Below are positions 24,379 through 39,300 of a DNA stretch of 64,000 nt, piece after piece. The position numbers were made by a program, and so were the translations under genes. Numbering within the stretch: position 1 is the first letter of the stretch; every line of letters starts with the position of its first letter. The notes beneath the pieces were generated by a model, which made no database searches, was not told the origin of the DNA, and saw only the letters and a list, made by a program, of their open reading frames with translations. The DNA is from Amphiscolops sp. MND2022. Its lineage: Eukaryota. The stretch lies in NCBI GenBank assembly GCA_964187785.1, contig OZ076409.1:16804001-16868000 (forward strand), read 5' to 3'.

Positions 24379-27300
24379 CTAAAAGCGAACAGTCAGGCTA
24401 ATAAATAGTCAACATTGAGATGAATAATTTAACTAACAAGGTAATTGATTTGTTCTTGTATATTTTCTTAAATATTGTAAGTTTTGTATATTTTCTCATA
24501 TGTTTGGTATATTGGAATGCGGGTGAAAAATTGGGTTAATTCAAAATTAATTTCACTGGCAAAAATATCGTGAGAACGACTCTATAGTCAGGCGTGGAAG
24601 GAATGCTTTCGACACTCGGATTCACTAATGGTAAGTTGCGAGGATCTCTCGAAGTAAAAAAAGCAGGAACACTAGCTTCTCTTTTCAGACAATGGAATTT
24701 CCTTCGATAACTCTGAGCAAGTTTATTTTCGAAGATGACACACATCTTGCTAACCCTGATTAAGATACTCATCACATCGACGTCAATGGACAGAAAACCA
24801 TTAGCATTTCGGAGCAAAAAGGGTCTTGAAGGAACTGATGTTTCTGCAAATTGAATTATGTCTGTGACGTAATAGAACGTAAATTGATCATTGAACATAT
24901 TGATTCAACTTCAATGTCAACTGAAATATTCCTCCTTATTTCAGGTAACAGTTGCGGGTTTTATGTATTTTCCACTTTAGCTCTTGACTGTGTCCTTGTA
25001 TGCCGCGTCTGTGTACGAAAAGAGTGTAAGAAACGAACTGAACCCTTATTTCGAAGAAATAATTCGGACTGCATGTAAACAAAGGTACATATTCCATGGG
25101 GATTTCTTTCATTCTCTATTTTACTCATAAATTTAAGGGATTGGAAAGACAAATTGAATTTTTAGGATAATGGGTACAATCGTCTTAATTTGCAGATTCT
25201 CCTGATACTAATTTTATCAGTAAAAAGTCTAAAACCGCAAAAACAATCCCGAAAGATAGCTTCGTCTCTCGAATTAAGATAGTAAATGAAATGAAGTAAT
25301 AGAAAACCCCTTATTAAAAACTATATATACCAATGATCTTGATGTAAAATAGTGCAGGAAATTTAAAAGTATCTGCTAAAGAAACAAAAGTTACAAATAA
25401 GGAGCCAAATATTATCATTTTTCACAAATAAAAGTTCAGTTAATTTCACACAATTGTATGAGTGTGTCGGTTTGTGAGTTTCTAATATTGTCTTGAGAAA
25501 AGCAAAAAATGTTGTTTAGGTTCCTTTCCTTGCCGAGAATCAATCGAATCAAGATAAACACATGAAGAAGCACACGATCAAGAAACAGACGTCAAATTTC
25601 TTGACCAATCATTAAATAAAAACTAAAACGTTTTTCTATGGCTGATTATGAAATGTCTTTTACTTAGCAAGCCTTGTTACAAATTATTCCTTGTAACAAA
25701 TTTGATATTTTTAACATGAAATGTCCATTGGAAACAATTTATTCCTTTTGATCTCCACGGTACCGAAAAAACTCAAAAGGTTTTTCTCATTTCTCTCAAC
25801 TACCAATCAAAATGAACTCACCAACTCTTGTATATGACGAGTCATTTGACTTACCTGTGAAATACAGGTTTCGATCATGACGTTTACATAGATACAGTCC
25901 ATGGCCGTATGGCCATCAAATTATTAAAAACCATTTCAAGGAGCAATAGGACTTCTACATTCTCATAATAGGCGGCATTGACGTCAATTTTCATGACTTC
26001 AAAAATTCAAACCCGAAAAAATCTTTGCAATTATCAATTGCCTTCAATCTTTCAATGCCTACAGATTTTTGATGTTTTATAGGAGTATATTAGATTCCTT
26101 CAAGGATATTTTTTTAGTCAATAACGTTCAAGTTGTTTTTTTTCTAATTCCGCTTTTCTTAGTGATGACTTTCTGCAAAACAGATGAAAATCTATGCAAC
26201 GTTTTGAAAACTCAGTATTTTCAACAATGTAAAGTTGTCTGCATAATTTCGACGAACATTTTTCGGAGTAAGCTTGTAGCAAACTTTGAAAGTTTGGAAT
26301 CAGACAGCAATCACCATAGTTCCATGAGAAATGATACAGTTTTACGTTCTAAGGTTTAGATGCTGTTTTCAACACTTCGCCGTCTTTTTGCAATGAACCA
26401 GAGTTTCCTAATTCTTGCTTTCTTTCTAGATACAGTGATATCACTCCGTCATACTTATCGTCAAAAAGTAGTTCGTTTTCTCCTGAAATATCAATTCAAT
26501 ATATCAATACATCAATTGAACAAAGGTTGAAGAATCGGTAGCAAATGTGGCGTTTGTGCCCGATTTGTGTCATCGAATCAATCATCCTGTGAGTTGCTCT
26601 GACCAGAAAGTCCTCCAGTTGTAACTTTAGCATCGTACTGTACCATAATATGATCGAATAAAGCTTCCAATCTTAAAAATGTTCTTGTTTGTTTGTAGAA
26701 GCAGAATGAAGAAACTGATCCCCTCGTGGAAAAAATTCAAAGGAGTAGCAGTTAGTAGAATACCGACGTTTTGTTTAGTAAAAGTTACATATACCAGCTT
26801 GAATGGGTCAGTTTTGCTCAATATTGCGGAATAACGTCGATTCAGAAGCAGCTCAGGTCTTCATCAATTTAACAGTCAAAACCTTTATTGCAACAATTGA
26901 ACTGACTAGATTTTATTCCTTGTTTCTTTTGCCCTTCAAGTGAAAGATGACTAGAATGTTAAAATTTATCCGGTACTCTTCAGCACTTAATTTTTTAAAT
27001 AGTATTATCCTCAATCGTGTTTTTTCATTGCTTAATGTCATTTTTCATGTGTCCGTTTTTAGTCACAGCAACAAAGTTTGAACTTGTGATGATTTTCCCA
27101 GCCGTGTAAAAACCAACGAAGAGAATACCGATATTTTGAAGCAAAAGCTTCCATAGCTGTATATTCGCATGATGCAAACAAACTCCGCCTTTTACAAGTG
27201 ATAGGAGGGTCTTGATAGCTTGAAAAGAGTACAAGAGGTTGCTGCTGCATGTGCAAAAGAGAGCCCTCAAAAATTCTTCACACTAACGTGTCCCATGGTG

Positions 27301-30300
27301 GGACAACTTGGCGTTCGGCCAGTCTTTGAAGCTATGAACGAAATGAATGTTTAAGGGAACAAAAACGTGCATGAAGCAGTTGTACAAAGTTTCATGGCAT
27401 TGTTTGTTTGCATGTGGGAAAGGGTGTCTTCTGTTGTATTGGACAACATTGAGAAGTCTGAAGGAAGGCCATTGTGGCAGGTATTATGGTGGTATTACGC
27501 CAATTCGGTGGAGATAGGAAATTCAAACAAGTCAAGGAGATTAGCCTCATATCCATTGTTTAGTTTGAGTCAAAGATTTCGAAACGTCGGAGTCTTTTCA
27601 GAGTCGAGTTGTTCTCAAAATGTGCCAACTTTCTTTTTATTTCCCAAGGCAATAGGCCTAGTCAGAGACAGACCATGCTTTCAGTCTTTATAAAGATGCT
27701 GTCAAGATACATTACAGCTCTTGCGCAGCAACAAAGTTCACATGCCATACCAGAACGAATAAATGGTCAGAGCTATTGCCGCTATCCTGTTTATTCAAAA
27801 AGCTCAGAGTATCAAATAGAAGAAGTGGACGTCAACCACTCCGAAGACTTTCCATGCGCTGTCACTATGCCAACTTGCTAGAGAGAAGATCAGGTATAAC
27901 AACGCGATGAGTGTCACAGACGAACTGAAAGCTGACTAATGGACCAATGGTTATACCGAAGTCAGAGACACCAGAACGTTACACCAATGAATCCCATCAT
28001 TTGTGTACCCACAGAATCTCAAAACAACCTTTTAATCTGCGACAAGTACATCTCTGCTCGATATATAGCGATTTATGCTGCACGAGCAGAAAATTTTATT
28101 CAATGCTGCCAAACAAGAAAAAGCAAGTTGACGTAGGGGAAATACAGAGTAGCAAATAGCCAGCGTCCAACATCGTTTACAACACGAACAAGAAAATCGG
28201 AGAAAAAGTGCTGCCAAGCCAAACATCTGCATTCCTGAGTGTTCGATCTGCATTTTGTGAAATCATCCTTCAGCCGTGTCTCTATCAACACGAATGAAAT
28301 TGAATGCAGTCCCGGTCTTGAACTATCTACGCATAGCAGAAATTAGTATCCAACAACCAACGGCACACACGTCGAATGTGATAAACATTCGCAACAAACA
28401 TACTCTTTGGCGACAGTTCACGAAAACTCAAAAAACAACAATAAAACTACAACTCGAAAGTGATGTTTTTGTCTGCAATATTCCAGCCTACAGTGCGAGA
28501 ACACCTGAACAAACTATGGGATAGCTCCAAGAAAGCTGGATTATGGATAAAAACTCCAACGAAATAAAACTGAATATCATTCGGAATACCTCCTTGAGCA
28601 GGCCCAGTTTCTGCCAGGTTCAACGAGAATGTTGTCTTCAATTGAAAGCTCAGCCAATGACAAGCCACGAATTTTTCTTCAACAACATCCAATGAACATT
28701 GCAAAAAGATTGCTTGCGTCTGGAAAGGTTGAAAATTGCCCCAATGAAAAATTCATTGGCACGCGACTACATCAGCCGCGGTTTGGTAATGCCCTGAAGA
28801 ATGCTATCAAAAAATTTCCATGTATCTTTCTGCTGCTATATCATTCAATCCTAATAATTTTGTTTCAGGAAAACCGGGAACTGGCAACTCTACAGTCACT
28901 TTTGTTGCCCTAACTCAATGTGCAAGGGTCTTAATTGCATGGATACACCATTAGCTGGCGAAAATGTCGCAGTTTGGTGGACTGCATCTGCACCGCCTCA
29001 TTTCACTCTCCATGAACGGAAATTTGTTACTGATGAAGCAGGTTGATCGACAATCCAAATACTCTATTGTGAACAATGAGAATGACCCTCTTGAAAAGGT
29101 TGGATGCTTTGCTTATCGAACAAATTAGTATGCTCAATTCAGAGCAATGGTGCGCAATGGATAATACGCTCAGGCTCATCAACATTTGCAACCTTCCAAT
29201 CGGAGGAATTTTAGTGATCGGCAACTGAGATTCCAAACAGCTGCGGCCACCAGCAGGACCCCTCCTGGGAATTTTCGCTGTACTTTTTATTATTTTCCGC
29301 CCCAAAATGGGGGAGGAAAATCATGTGTTGCCTTTTTTCCCAAATTCTGCCAAAATTTTAAAATCTCTGGTGCTTATAAAGGGAGCTACCGTTTGGGTCA
29401 TAGCTCGGAGGCATAAACGGAGCCGCCGAACTTGCGGTCATAGTTATAAACGAAGAAAAATGCGTTTTACTAAGGAGGAAGCAAAAATTCAAAAATATTG
29501 CGCTACTTCCGATCTTTTGACGTTACATCCGAACTATATTGCATTTTACTAGGGAGGAAGCGTAGGTTCAAAAATATTGCGCTATATCGGAATTTTGACG
29601 TCATATCCGAAGTAAATTGCGATTTTTCAATGATGCAAATTTTCGATTAAGCGTCTATTGTTAGTCATACGAAGGCGGAAAATATCCCGGTGCTTAACGG
29701 GCGTCTTGTTACCTTTAAGCTGTTTCTACTTTAGAGAATACGTTCGAATGGTGGATCCTCTGGGGACCAGGATATTATCTTTGTTGGACAGTATCCAATT
29801 TGCTCAAAGAGAGACCAATGAAATTGTATATAACTTAGAACAAAACTGTCAGTTCATGGAGATTTGGGATCAAATAAACGAGGCAGTTCTCAAGGTTGTG
29901 CCAATTACGTGGGCCGAAACAAGGCTTGTGCAAAAACATCATCACTACATTCAATGTTCGAATCGGAAATTGGTCATACAAAAATCAGTCGATGAAACCT
30001 CGAGGCGAGGTCAGAATCTGTGGTTAGCCACTCAGGATGTCGAAAGTGTTACATATTTGAACAAGATTTGGTTAGAATCAGATTGCCTGCTGATTTATGA
30101 AGGTTCCCCAATGAGAATAACTAGCAATATTCTGAAGTTACATGCCACCCAAGTTCAACTTTGTGTCGTTAAAAAAGTTACCAAGCCAAACAACCATTAT
30201 CGAAATGCACCAAGCCCCACCATGCGTGCGCACGTTCCCTCCTCTGGGCAGATAGAAATCGCAGTTATCCTTTGTTTGAATGGAGAAATGTTATAGTAAA

Positions 30301-33300
30301 GAAAATCGAACGCCTTCCTCATAATTTCCGGCAAACTTCTTCATTCCGTCGGATAGTTTCCTTGAAGCCTTTCCAAGCTGGGACAATTAAAGTTTATAGC
30401 AGATGATGTGACTCTTTTAGCAACTCAAATTACTACAAATGAACCGTCGGAACGATCAATGTTCAAACCTTGAAGAAAAACCGCTTTTTGGTTCTGATTT
30501 GATGAGTAAAAGAATTGAAGCTTTCAACCTTCGTCGGCTCCAAATCAGCCAGCTTGAAAACAATTGACGCCATTTATTTTAACATTAGCAAGTGGGACTA
30601 CACTATCCAAAATTTAGTGGAATCGCTAGCAAATCAGAACTCTCAATCCCTCTCTCGCCGTAACAAATTCCCTATCTCGCAATAAGTATACGCCATGACA
30701 TGACAAACACTTCGTGAAGACAGTTGTGCCAGTTTACTGTTTGATGTCCCTGAAAGATCAGACTATCAGTATTGGTCGATGTGGCAGTATTAGAAAAAAC
30801 TTGAACAAGCTAATTCTTAGCGTGCTCACAGTCCACAATCAACTATAACGAAAAAAGCTTGGACTCTCCTTTGTGCTGCATTCGAGATAAGTGTTTCTAC
30901 TCCAGATAATTCTACGATCGCTTTGGTGAGTAACAGGTTGAATGCAGTTCACACTTTGCAAAGAAATACCACAAACGACAGTTTGGTTGTCTGAAGAAAG
31001 TTTAAACGATAAGTCCCAGGAAAAAATAATTGGAGAGGAAGTGAAGAAAAATGATCATGACAGTAATATTTCTCGGTAGTCCTAAATACGCTTGTAGCCA
31101 AGCCTAGTTTTCAGATCCTGGTATTCTAAAATTAAATTTTGACACCCTTCATTATCATTTCTGAAGGGAACTATCAGTTTGAAAATTGTAACAGGCGTAC
31201 AATGGCTAAGTTTGGATTAGTAGAAATGATCCCCAAATCTCGGGTTTTTTTTCAATCATCTTCCGTTTTCTGTCAACATTTACTGCCAGATGACCGAACT
31301 TTCATATTTTCAAATTTAGTTTCAATTGTAGCTTTAAACAGGCCAGAAAGGAAAAAGCTAATATTCAAAGCATCCGCTTAAAAAGTGTCATGTTCATTTG
31401 CCGTACGTTGAAACTTTCAGAAGTGACTATCAAAGTGGAGGTTGCAACAAAACTGCAACCTCTTCTTTATGAAAGCTCCAATTTCGTTTTGTTTTCTGAA
31501 CTCATCAATCTATTCAAATCACCGGTCACTCGTTTAATTAGGTTATCAAGCTTATTGCTTTCGCAAAAGCGTAATTTTCTAGCACTGTTCAACTGTCTAT
31601 TCTTTGTTGTTCCACATTTAAGTATGTCATCCGTGACAACTGATACGCTATATGCTCTTGAAGAAACGCACAACAAATCAAAGTTCAAAAAATTGCCTAC
31701 ATTCTGCTAATTTCTTCCTCTTTCGACCATTTTTTGAAAAGAAAGTTAATATGGCAATTTCACTCAGGTATGTCTCATAGATGAGTTGGTAAGAACATCA
31801 ACGGGTTCAGCTATGTCCACCCTCATTCAAACTCACTGCTCCTATTTCTAACAATTTCAGCCATTTGTTTCCCGCTTTTCCCATATCAAACATTTCCCGA
31901 TATTCTTTCAAAAAGTGAAAACTTGAACGCAAGATGTCGTTCATCAACATCTCGCTGCCAGTTGGAGCCGCCAGAGCAATCGCTGACGAACGGTATGCTG
32001 AACGGTCACGGTGCGATGTCAGCGAAAAAACCTTGAGAAGGATTGAAATGTAATCCACCTCTCTATATTACAAAAGGTGAGCATTTTTATTTCCTAAAAC
32101 TGATTACTCCTAATGAAGAAAACCCAGAATGTTTCGTGTAGGTCCTAAGAAGCAACAAGATCTTCTCCGGTTTTACTCCTACTAAACAACCAAAGCAAAA
32201 AAAGCTCAAAAACTGCAACCTTCAATGTTTTATCCCGTTGGGGCTCGACCGTGACCAAGAGTGCGTGGCGCTCTTCAAGGACAACATCGATCAAACGTAA
32301 GTTCTGTTACAGCCCTGATTGGATGCTTCGGGCAATCAATTAGGGTTTCTATTGAATAACTAACAATCGGATTTCAAATCTATACATTAGATCACTACAT
32401 TCTCCCACATCGAGCATTTCCATCAGAATACGATAAATTTTTGCTAATTTAATTTGTTACAGCTATGCTCTTTTGGTGGAATAATTTCGTGGTGGAATTG
32501 GGTCTTAAATTACTATATGTAATTGATGACATTTCCGGTCGTCTGGCTCTAGAGAACCCGCTTGTTGGGCACTATCAGCTGCTGGCTCCGTGTCATCAAG
32601 TACAGAGTATAGTTTCAGACCAGATTGTACACGGAAAAATATTTATCAATTGAAGCCAGACCATCACTCTTTCCAAACTTTGTCTAACTAAAACGAAGCA
32701 AGGAGTATTTAAGAAGGGTTTAGATTCGCATTCAAAAATACTGACACTTAGTAGCTATTTTTCAAATAGTAGAAATCACTTCTGAATTCAACAATTATTT
32801 TTGACAATGTTACAAGTGCTGATAGGAGTAAGTGCTGGAAAATTCTCCAAAAAACACATTCAGCAGCATTCAGTTTCTTAAAAACTAAAACTCTTTGAAA
32901 TCGGTTTATGGTACGATGTAGCTTTCGTAACATTGGCATTTTTCTTTTATAGAAGAGATGTCTGGCTCAGTGATAGATATGAAACGGTTTGAAACAAGCA
33001 GTTTTGTTTCCCCAAAGTAGTTGAGTACTGGGCACTTACATCTTCGTCATACAATTAAATTGAAAAGTATGGTTAGGTTATGAAGCCGAAGCAACTCTAG
33101 CTCAAAGGCTACGTTAAATGTGCAATTCTAGTGAAAACAGCTAACATGAGTGCTTACGAGGTGGTTACCGATTTCAAACTGAATCAAACGAATAGTGAAG
33201 GAACCAAAAAGACGAAATGAGGAACGCCAGTTGAAGTCGTGTCTTGTTCGAAAAACTTTTTTTTCATGTCATTTTAATTTTATATTGCTGACCATTTTTA

Positions 33301-36300
33301 ACTAGGTGCAATTACAAAAAACCTCTGTATTGCACTTTAGTTTAGTTTTTCTTTTTCATCGATACTTTAGACATTGAAGTACTTTTTTGGTTCCAATTGA
33401 AACTGAGTACCTAATGAAGGTGACTACAGTGATGGTTTCCATCGTTTTGAGCGACTTCAAAACGAGAATTGGAAAAGTTCAAGATTAGCATTTACCAAGT
33501 TTGATGGACAATAACGAAGATTGCAACAACGGTAAGAGCGATCACAAGAACGACGATGACAACAACGATAACAACATTTTCTGTTTGATTCTGTTTTAGT
33601 TTATGTATGCTTGTCTGTATGTGACTGTGAATGCTTTTGTTTGTTGGTCAACTCTGTGGGCATGTGCATGTAATGTATGCTTTTTGGTTGATCTGCTGTT
33701 TCTCCTTTGTGGTTACTTCGCTGTTTGTTGTCCAGTATCTTTTTTTACTACTTTCCGCCCTTCAAACAAAACCCCTGAACAATCAATTTATTTTTTTTAC
33801 ATTCAATTCATCATTGAGTGATGTCATCTTTTTCTATCGTCTTAGTTTTCATACTTTAATTTTATATATTACAAGTAATTGCTTTGTCATTCAAAATTGA
33901 CAGTTACCGAAGATTATGTACCAAGCAACGCCCGATCGACTGTAGCCTTGCGGTACCAACGCTTTCGTCGACGCGCACAATGCCTCAATATCGCCTCCCC
34001 CATTCTCGCCATGTTTTTTTTTTCATTGTACCTATAAAATTATTGGTGCTCTGTCCCAACTCATTGGGTTTGATTAAATTTCTGTCTCATGAAATGTTTC
34101 ATACAGCCATTCAGCTGCATTAAACTTTCTTCTTCATTCAGTACTAACTTGTGATGCAGGGACAAGTTCAGGTCAACTACACTGTAATTTGAAGTAGTGT
34201 CTGAGGATATGCTGTAGACATCTGCATTGTTTGAAGACGCCTGCTTAACATGAGTCAGGATCCCATAGCCGATTATTCGATCCGGGAAATGATGAGTCAT
34301 TGATAGCACGTCCCTGGCCTACAAAGAGAGAGCACAATTACAGGAATATTTATATTAAGGATGCAATCTAAACTTTGAAATTTCGGAAGTATTTTTCAGA
34401 ATCTTTCTCTAAATATTTACAACAGAATATTCATCAACTTAAACTTTTATTGCTCTTAATTGAAAACCCTCCTCTTTTTGGAGCCGATAGCGAGTAAACT
34501 TTAAAGGACATGAAAGTTTTCGAAGATGTAGAACGTTTTTCGTGAAACTTGAACAGGGTTGGTCAATATAAAACATGGGCGTTTTAAAACAGTTTTAAAA
34601 CACTGTTTTATTTTGAATAAAATACAGTCCGATCAAATGTTTTTTTATTTCTTCATTTCACGAACATGTAATCGCTGTAGACAGACAAGTAGGCGTCAAA
34701 ATGAGTTATTTTATAAAATGACAAGTAAAAATGAAAACCTATCCTGAAAAATTAGTGAAATTGGCACTCGAAATGGCATGCCTAGTCCATCCATTCTGAT
34801 CTTCGCAACAGGCTTGGAGTTCAGAAAGTTGAAAAACCTAGTTTTGTGATTCGATATTTGAATGATATTGAATAAATTCATTCTTTCAAGCTTGTTTTTC
34901 TATCTTTGTTCGAGAGAATTTTAAACATTTCTTTAAAATAATTTAAAACTTAGAATGGCCAACCCTGAACTTGAATGATTCTTCTTAAGAGAAAATCAGA
35001 AATACCTGTTTGCCTAAATTTGAGGAGTAGGATGAACAGTCGACTCTCAAGATGAAAGAGCCAGAGATTTCAAAAACAGTATCCAGGTATAGAAGAGACA
35101 AAACTGTGTTTTCTTTGATGACCAATCCGTCGTCCAATAAAATATTCCCTCGGCGATCCAGACCCAAAGACACGAAAACAACCTGAAACGAAATTTACGT
35201 TCAGTGCTAATCACGTGCAGAAGTCACGAAAACTTCAATTTAGCCCAAAGCCACTGATTACTTGAGCCTCACTTCCACCGCTCCTTTCTACAAAAATTCT
35301 TCGAAAACAGAAAATATTTTTTTAAAATGCAGCACTTTAGTTGAGCGCGGTAGTACAAAATTTTGTAGGGTGATGTCATTTTTAGTCCGCGCTTTTTCGT
35401 AGAAAAACGCAGACTATAGTAGTGACTTTTTTTCTTTTTTTCTAAGACCAACGAAGTGACAGATTTTATAAGCTTTATAAGCAGACTTGAACTAACACTA
35501 AATGCCACACTACTTCTACTGGCACTTGAGATAGAGGTTAATTAGGCTTTTTTGAGGTCCCCTTTTATATTTTTCGGCACTATGCGACTTACCGGGGACC
35601 AAAAAAAATTTGAAAATTTCGAATTTTTTCGATTTTTTCCTCATGCGGGTACTGTAGAAGAGAATACTTGACACTTTGAAGTCCTTTTGCTATTTTGAGC
35701 CTTAGATATGGCGCCGACCTGGGGCGTGGGTTCGAGTCCCGCCCATGACCAAAAATTTTTTGTGCAGGTTTTTTCGGCTTTGTGAGACTTTTTTTCGCAA
35801 ATTTTTTAAATGTCTCCAAAGGCCCCCTTCATTTTTTTCCTATTTTGCAAAACAATGGATGTTCAAAAACTCCAAAGGCCCCCCTTTTACATTTTTCGGC
35901 ACTATGCGACTTACTGGAGACCAAAAAAATCGAAAAAAAATCAAAAAAAAACCAAAATAAATTGGAATTGTTTTTCAATTTTTTCCTCAAGCGGGTACTG
36001 TAGAAGAGAATACTTGACACATTGAAGTCCTTTTGCTATTTTTGAGCCTTGGATATGGCGCCGACTTGGGCCGTTCCCGGCTTGTTTTCATTTCATGAGA
36101 TTTCATTGAACTTTTTATTACCTAAAGTGCGTCATGGTTGAACCAACGAGAATTGTTCTATTCCGACTTTTCCCGATGAGATGCGATTTTCTGGTTATGT
36201 AGCATTGACTTTCAACTGATTCGATCAATAAACGGATCGTTATTTGAATACTTTTCGGAAGCATAAACCAGTGATGTACAGCAATTCCGAAAAAAAATTT

Positions 36301-39300
36301 TACCCTGTCAATCAAATATGGGTAGAAAAATTATTTAAAAAGTAATTGAATCAGAGATTTGACTCGCTAATTTTTTTTCGCTAATCGCTAACTAACGCTA
36401 ATTATATATCGCTAATCGCTAACTTCGCTAATTGACAGTCGCTAGCGCTAATTAAAATCCATAATGAAAAGTTTAATTCTCATATTTAATAATGAACAAT
36501 TTGGTCATTGTAAAAAGTTGCATAATTCATCTGAAAAAGAATTCATTGATGTTTACTGGGTAAAAATATGTTTAAAATATAGTAAAGTACTTATATATGA
36601 TGATATATAACAGTTCTTGGGATGAATCAGTATAAATAGAGACAAATTATAATAAATGTAATGTTTGATGCAAAATAAAGCGTTGTTTTAGAGAAATGAC
36701 CAATAGGAAAACGCCATCGCTAAGCGGTCGCTAAATAATATGTATTACGCTAACTAATTTCCGCTAATATAATCCTTCGCTAACGCTGAAGCGGCGTTAT
36801 TAGCGTCAAGTCTCTGATTTGTACCTATGCTACAATTAAAATTGCAATTACAATAAAATTGGAGCTGGAAAATCAAATAAATAATTGCAAGAAGGCCAGC
36901 CATCAATCGATTGTGCCAATTAATTGCAATTAATTTTCAAACAATCAATTTTTCGGAAATGCTGGTGCTTTTTTATATAAGCTTGATAATCCTACCTTCA
37001 AGTTCCGTGGCATCATCAAATACACGTTCTTGCACATTTCCAAGGTATCCGCTTGACCACGAACGATGACGACAGTAACCATGTCCTTTGTTTTCAGCCC
37101 CACATTCAAAGCTGTCGAAGGTTCGTGAAGCCAGAATGGAAAATCCCAGGGATTGGTTGAAAAGTCAAAATCAACAAACAAAGCCCCTGGGTACGTATTC
37201 CAAACCCATTTTGGCAAGGGTTCTGGGTTGATTCTGTCATATAGAATCTGTTTAAATGCAAAAAAAATCGTCATTATTTCTGGCATTGTTTCTGGCAACA
37301 AGTAAATTTGAACATCGAACCATTTACCTTCAACGAAGTGCGCAAGATATGATCTAGCGAAGAAAAGTATGTCCGGTAGACAAAAGAAGCCTGAACTTTC
37401 ATGGAGTTCACCACTTCAACCGGTATATTCCTCAGAATGGATGAAATCTAAACACAAGGTCACAAAACATTCATGGTTGACTGAGGTGAGAAAACGGCCG
37501 TCATACTAAATTTCACCAGAGACAAGTTACAGTGGTGGCGAAAATTATTATCATCATAGCAAATTTTGCAACTGATTTCCACAATTTTACAGTAAAATCT
37601 TGGTCTAGGTGGAAAAAGCAACAGTATAGAATGAGATTTTGGGATAGGAGATTTGCAATTGGATAACTTCAGCTGGGAGAATTTTCAATTGACGAACTTC
37701 ATAGGGTTTATTTATTCACATTTGCGGAAGGTTCACAAATTCCAAGCTCAACTGGGGCATTTAGTTTGGCATTGTGGCTCGTAAGCTTTCATGAGAAGAG
37801 CGCAAAAAAATCAATTGACGAGCAGGTTACTTCAAAACGTGGAACAATCACTCAAGAAAAAAGAATTAACAATCATATGGGACATTAAATGACTGGTCAT
37901 AAATTTTCACAGCTCAACATGAATGAAGCTAACCCAAGTGACTCGTAATTCGTCGATAACGATGGCCATTTTTGACCAATCCAACACTTCGGCGAAAGGA
38001 AGAGCGAAACCGTTGGAGAGGATGACAGGAATGCAACCCGACCGCATCACTTCCCGCAGTCGAAACGAATCTAGTCGTCTGCCTCGAGGCACGAAACAGA
38101 ATGTCGAGTTCTGAAGCAGCATCTCGTAATTGTGCCTAAAACCGAATTATCCGAGGCACTAAAAACTGGTTAACACGATACACTCGACTCCGTTTATAAC
38201 GATATTCCGGTTATAGCGATAGTTTCACGGTCCCGGTCACGATGCTAGTATATAACGATTTTCGCCAATAACAATATTCGGATATAACGATTAAAAAACG
38301 CCGGTCCTCGGGAAATCGTTATAAGCGGAGTTGAGTGTACAATGATACATGTACCACAGTAAATTCATTCTTAAGATTGCTCTTCATCCTTCTGAAATAT
38401 TTGCAAATAACCTGACTGGACCTAATCACTAATTTTACAGGTTACTGTGCTAAAAGTGAAAAATGCGCCAGAAGATTTGTTTTCTCTAATCGCAAAACCA
38501 CTAACTAATATTGAAATTGCTAAAATTCACTGAAATTTGTTTACTCAGATTACCAAGTAGGTTTCCCGATGTAATGGAAAATGTTTTTAGTTTTCCGACG
38601 AGAAAAGTTAGCATTTCTATTACGCATCTTAGCGAGGTTGTAGGAGAAATAATTAAATAGTGGAAAAGCGTTATGAATTTTTCGATATGGGTTTTTCTGG
38701 TTATTGCTAATCCAAGTCGCCGAATTGATCATGTTGTGCCATAAATAACTGATCAGCCGTGCCAAAACCCTCATCTACTGACTCTGGTCTGTGGTATTCC
38801 CGGATACTCGATTCGCACTGCTGCAATTCCAGTATTCCCAGTTGTTTCTTCCACTCATCCTTGTTGTGTTCACACGTCACCAAAGAGATGATGTCACGCG
38901 AATTTGACAGCGAAGGCAGCAAGTCCCGAGTCTCAGACCCGATTCCATGCGTATAACGCTTACCCTAATAAACACACCTAATACAGAAGGAGGGGTACAG
39001 GTCACGGGAACTCACCCTCGGGGTATCAAAACCTTCTTTGTTCTACTATGTTTTAGCATAGACAATTCAACACTTTATGGTGCTTATTTCTTTTCCCTTG
39101 TGTTTAGGTTTTGAATTGTCACTACTTTTGATGTAACTAATCTTGGAACTTGTTTAAAAGATTTTTGATGATGACATTGATTGTCGAAAACGTTCAATAA
39201 AGTATCCTTGATTGATACTTTTCATCTACAGTTAATACTGTTGGTGAGAACACTGAAGAAAAAAATTAAAATGGAAACGTGATCATTTAACAATTCAGCA

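Noticed and set aside
25845..25900. Candidate extra EXT1 exon ending VFHR|GTAAG
   Set aside because: There is an in-frame stop just upstream, and exons 8 and 9 already join as HHKYYY.
29658..30296. 212-aa ORF as a stand-alone nested gene
   Set aside because: Its sequence matches the PIF1 motif IV/2B part of the fossil Helitron, and its start lies in an inserted repeat.
31807..32058. IALAAPTG resembling helicase motif Ia
   Set aside because: It is on the opposite strand to the Helitron and has no neighbouring helicase motifs; likely chance.
31000..32950. Possible second decayed Helitron tail
   Set aside because: Only a vague resemblance near 32630-32735; too degenerate to support.
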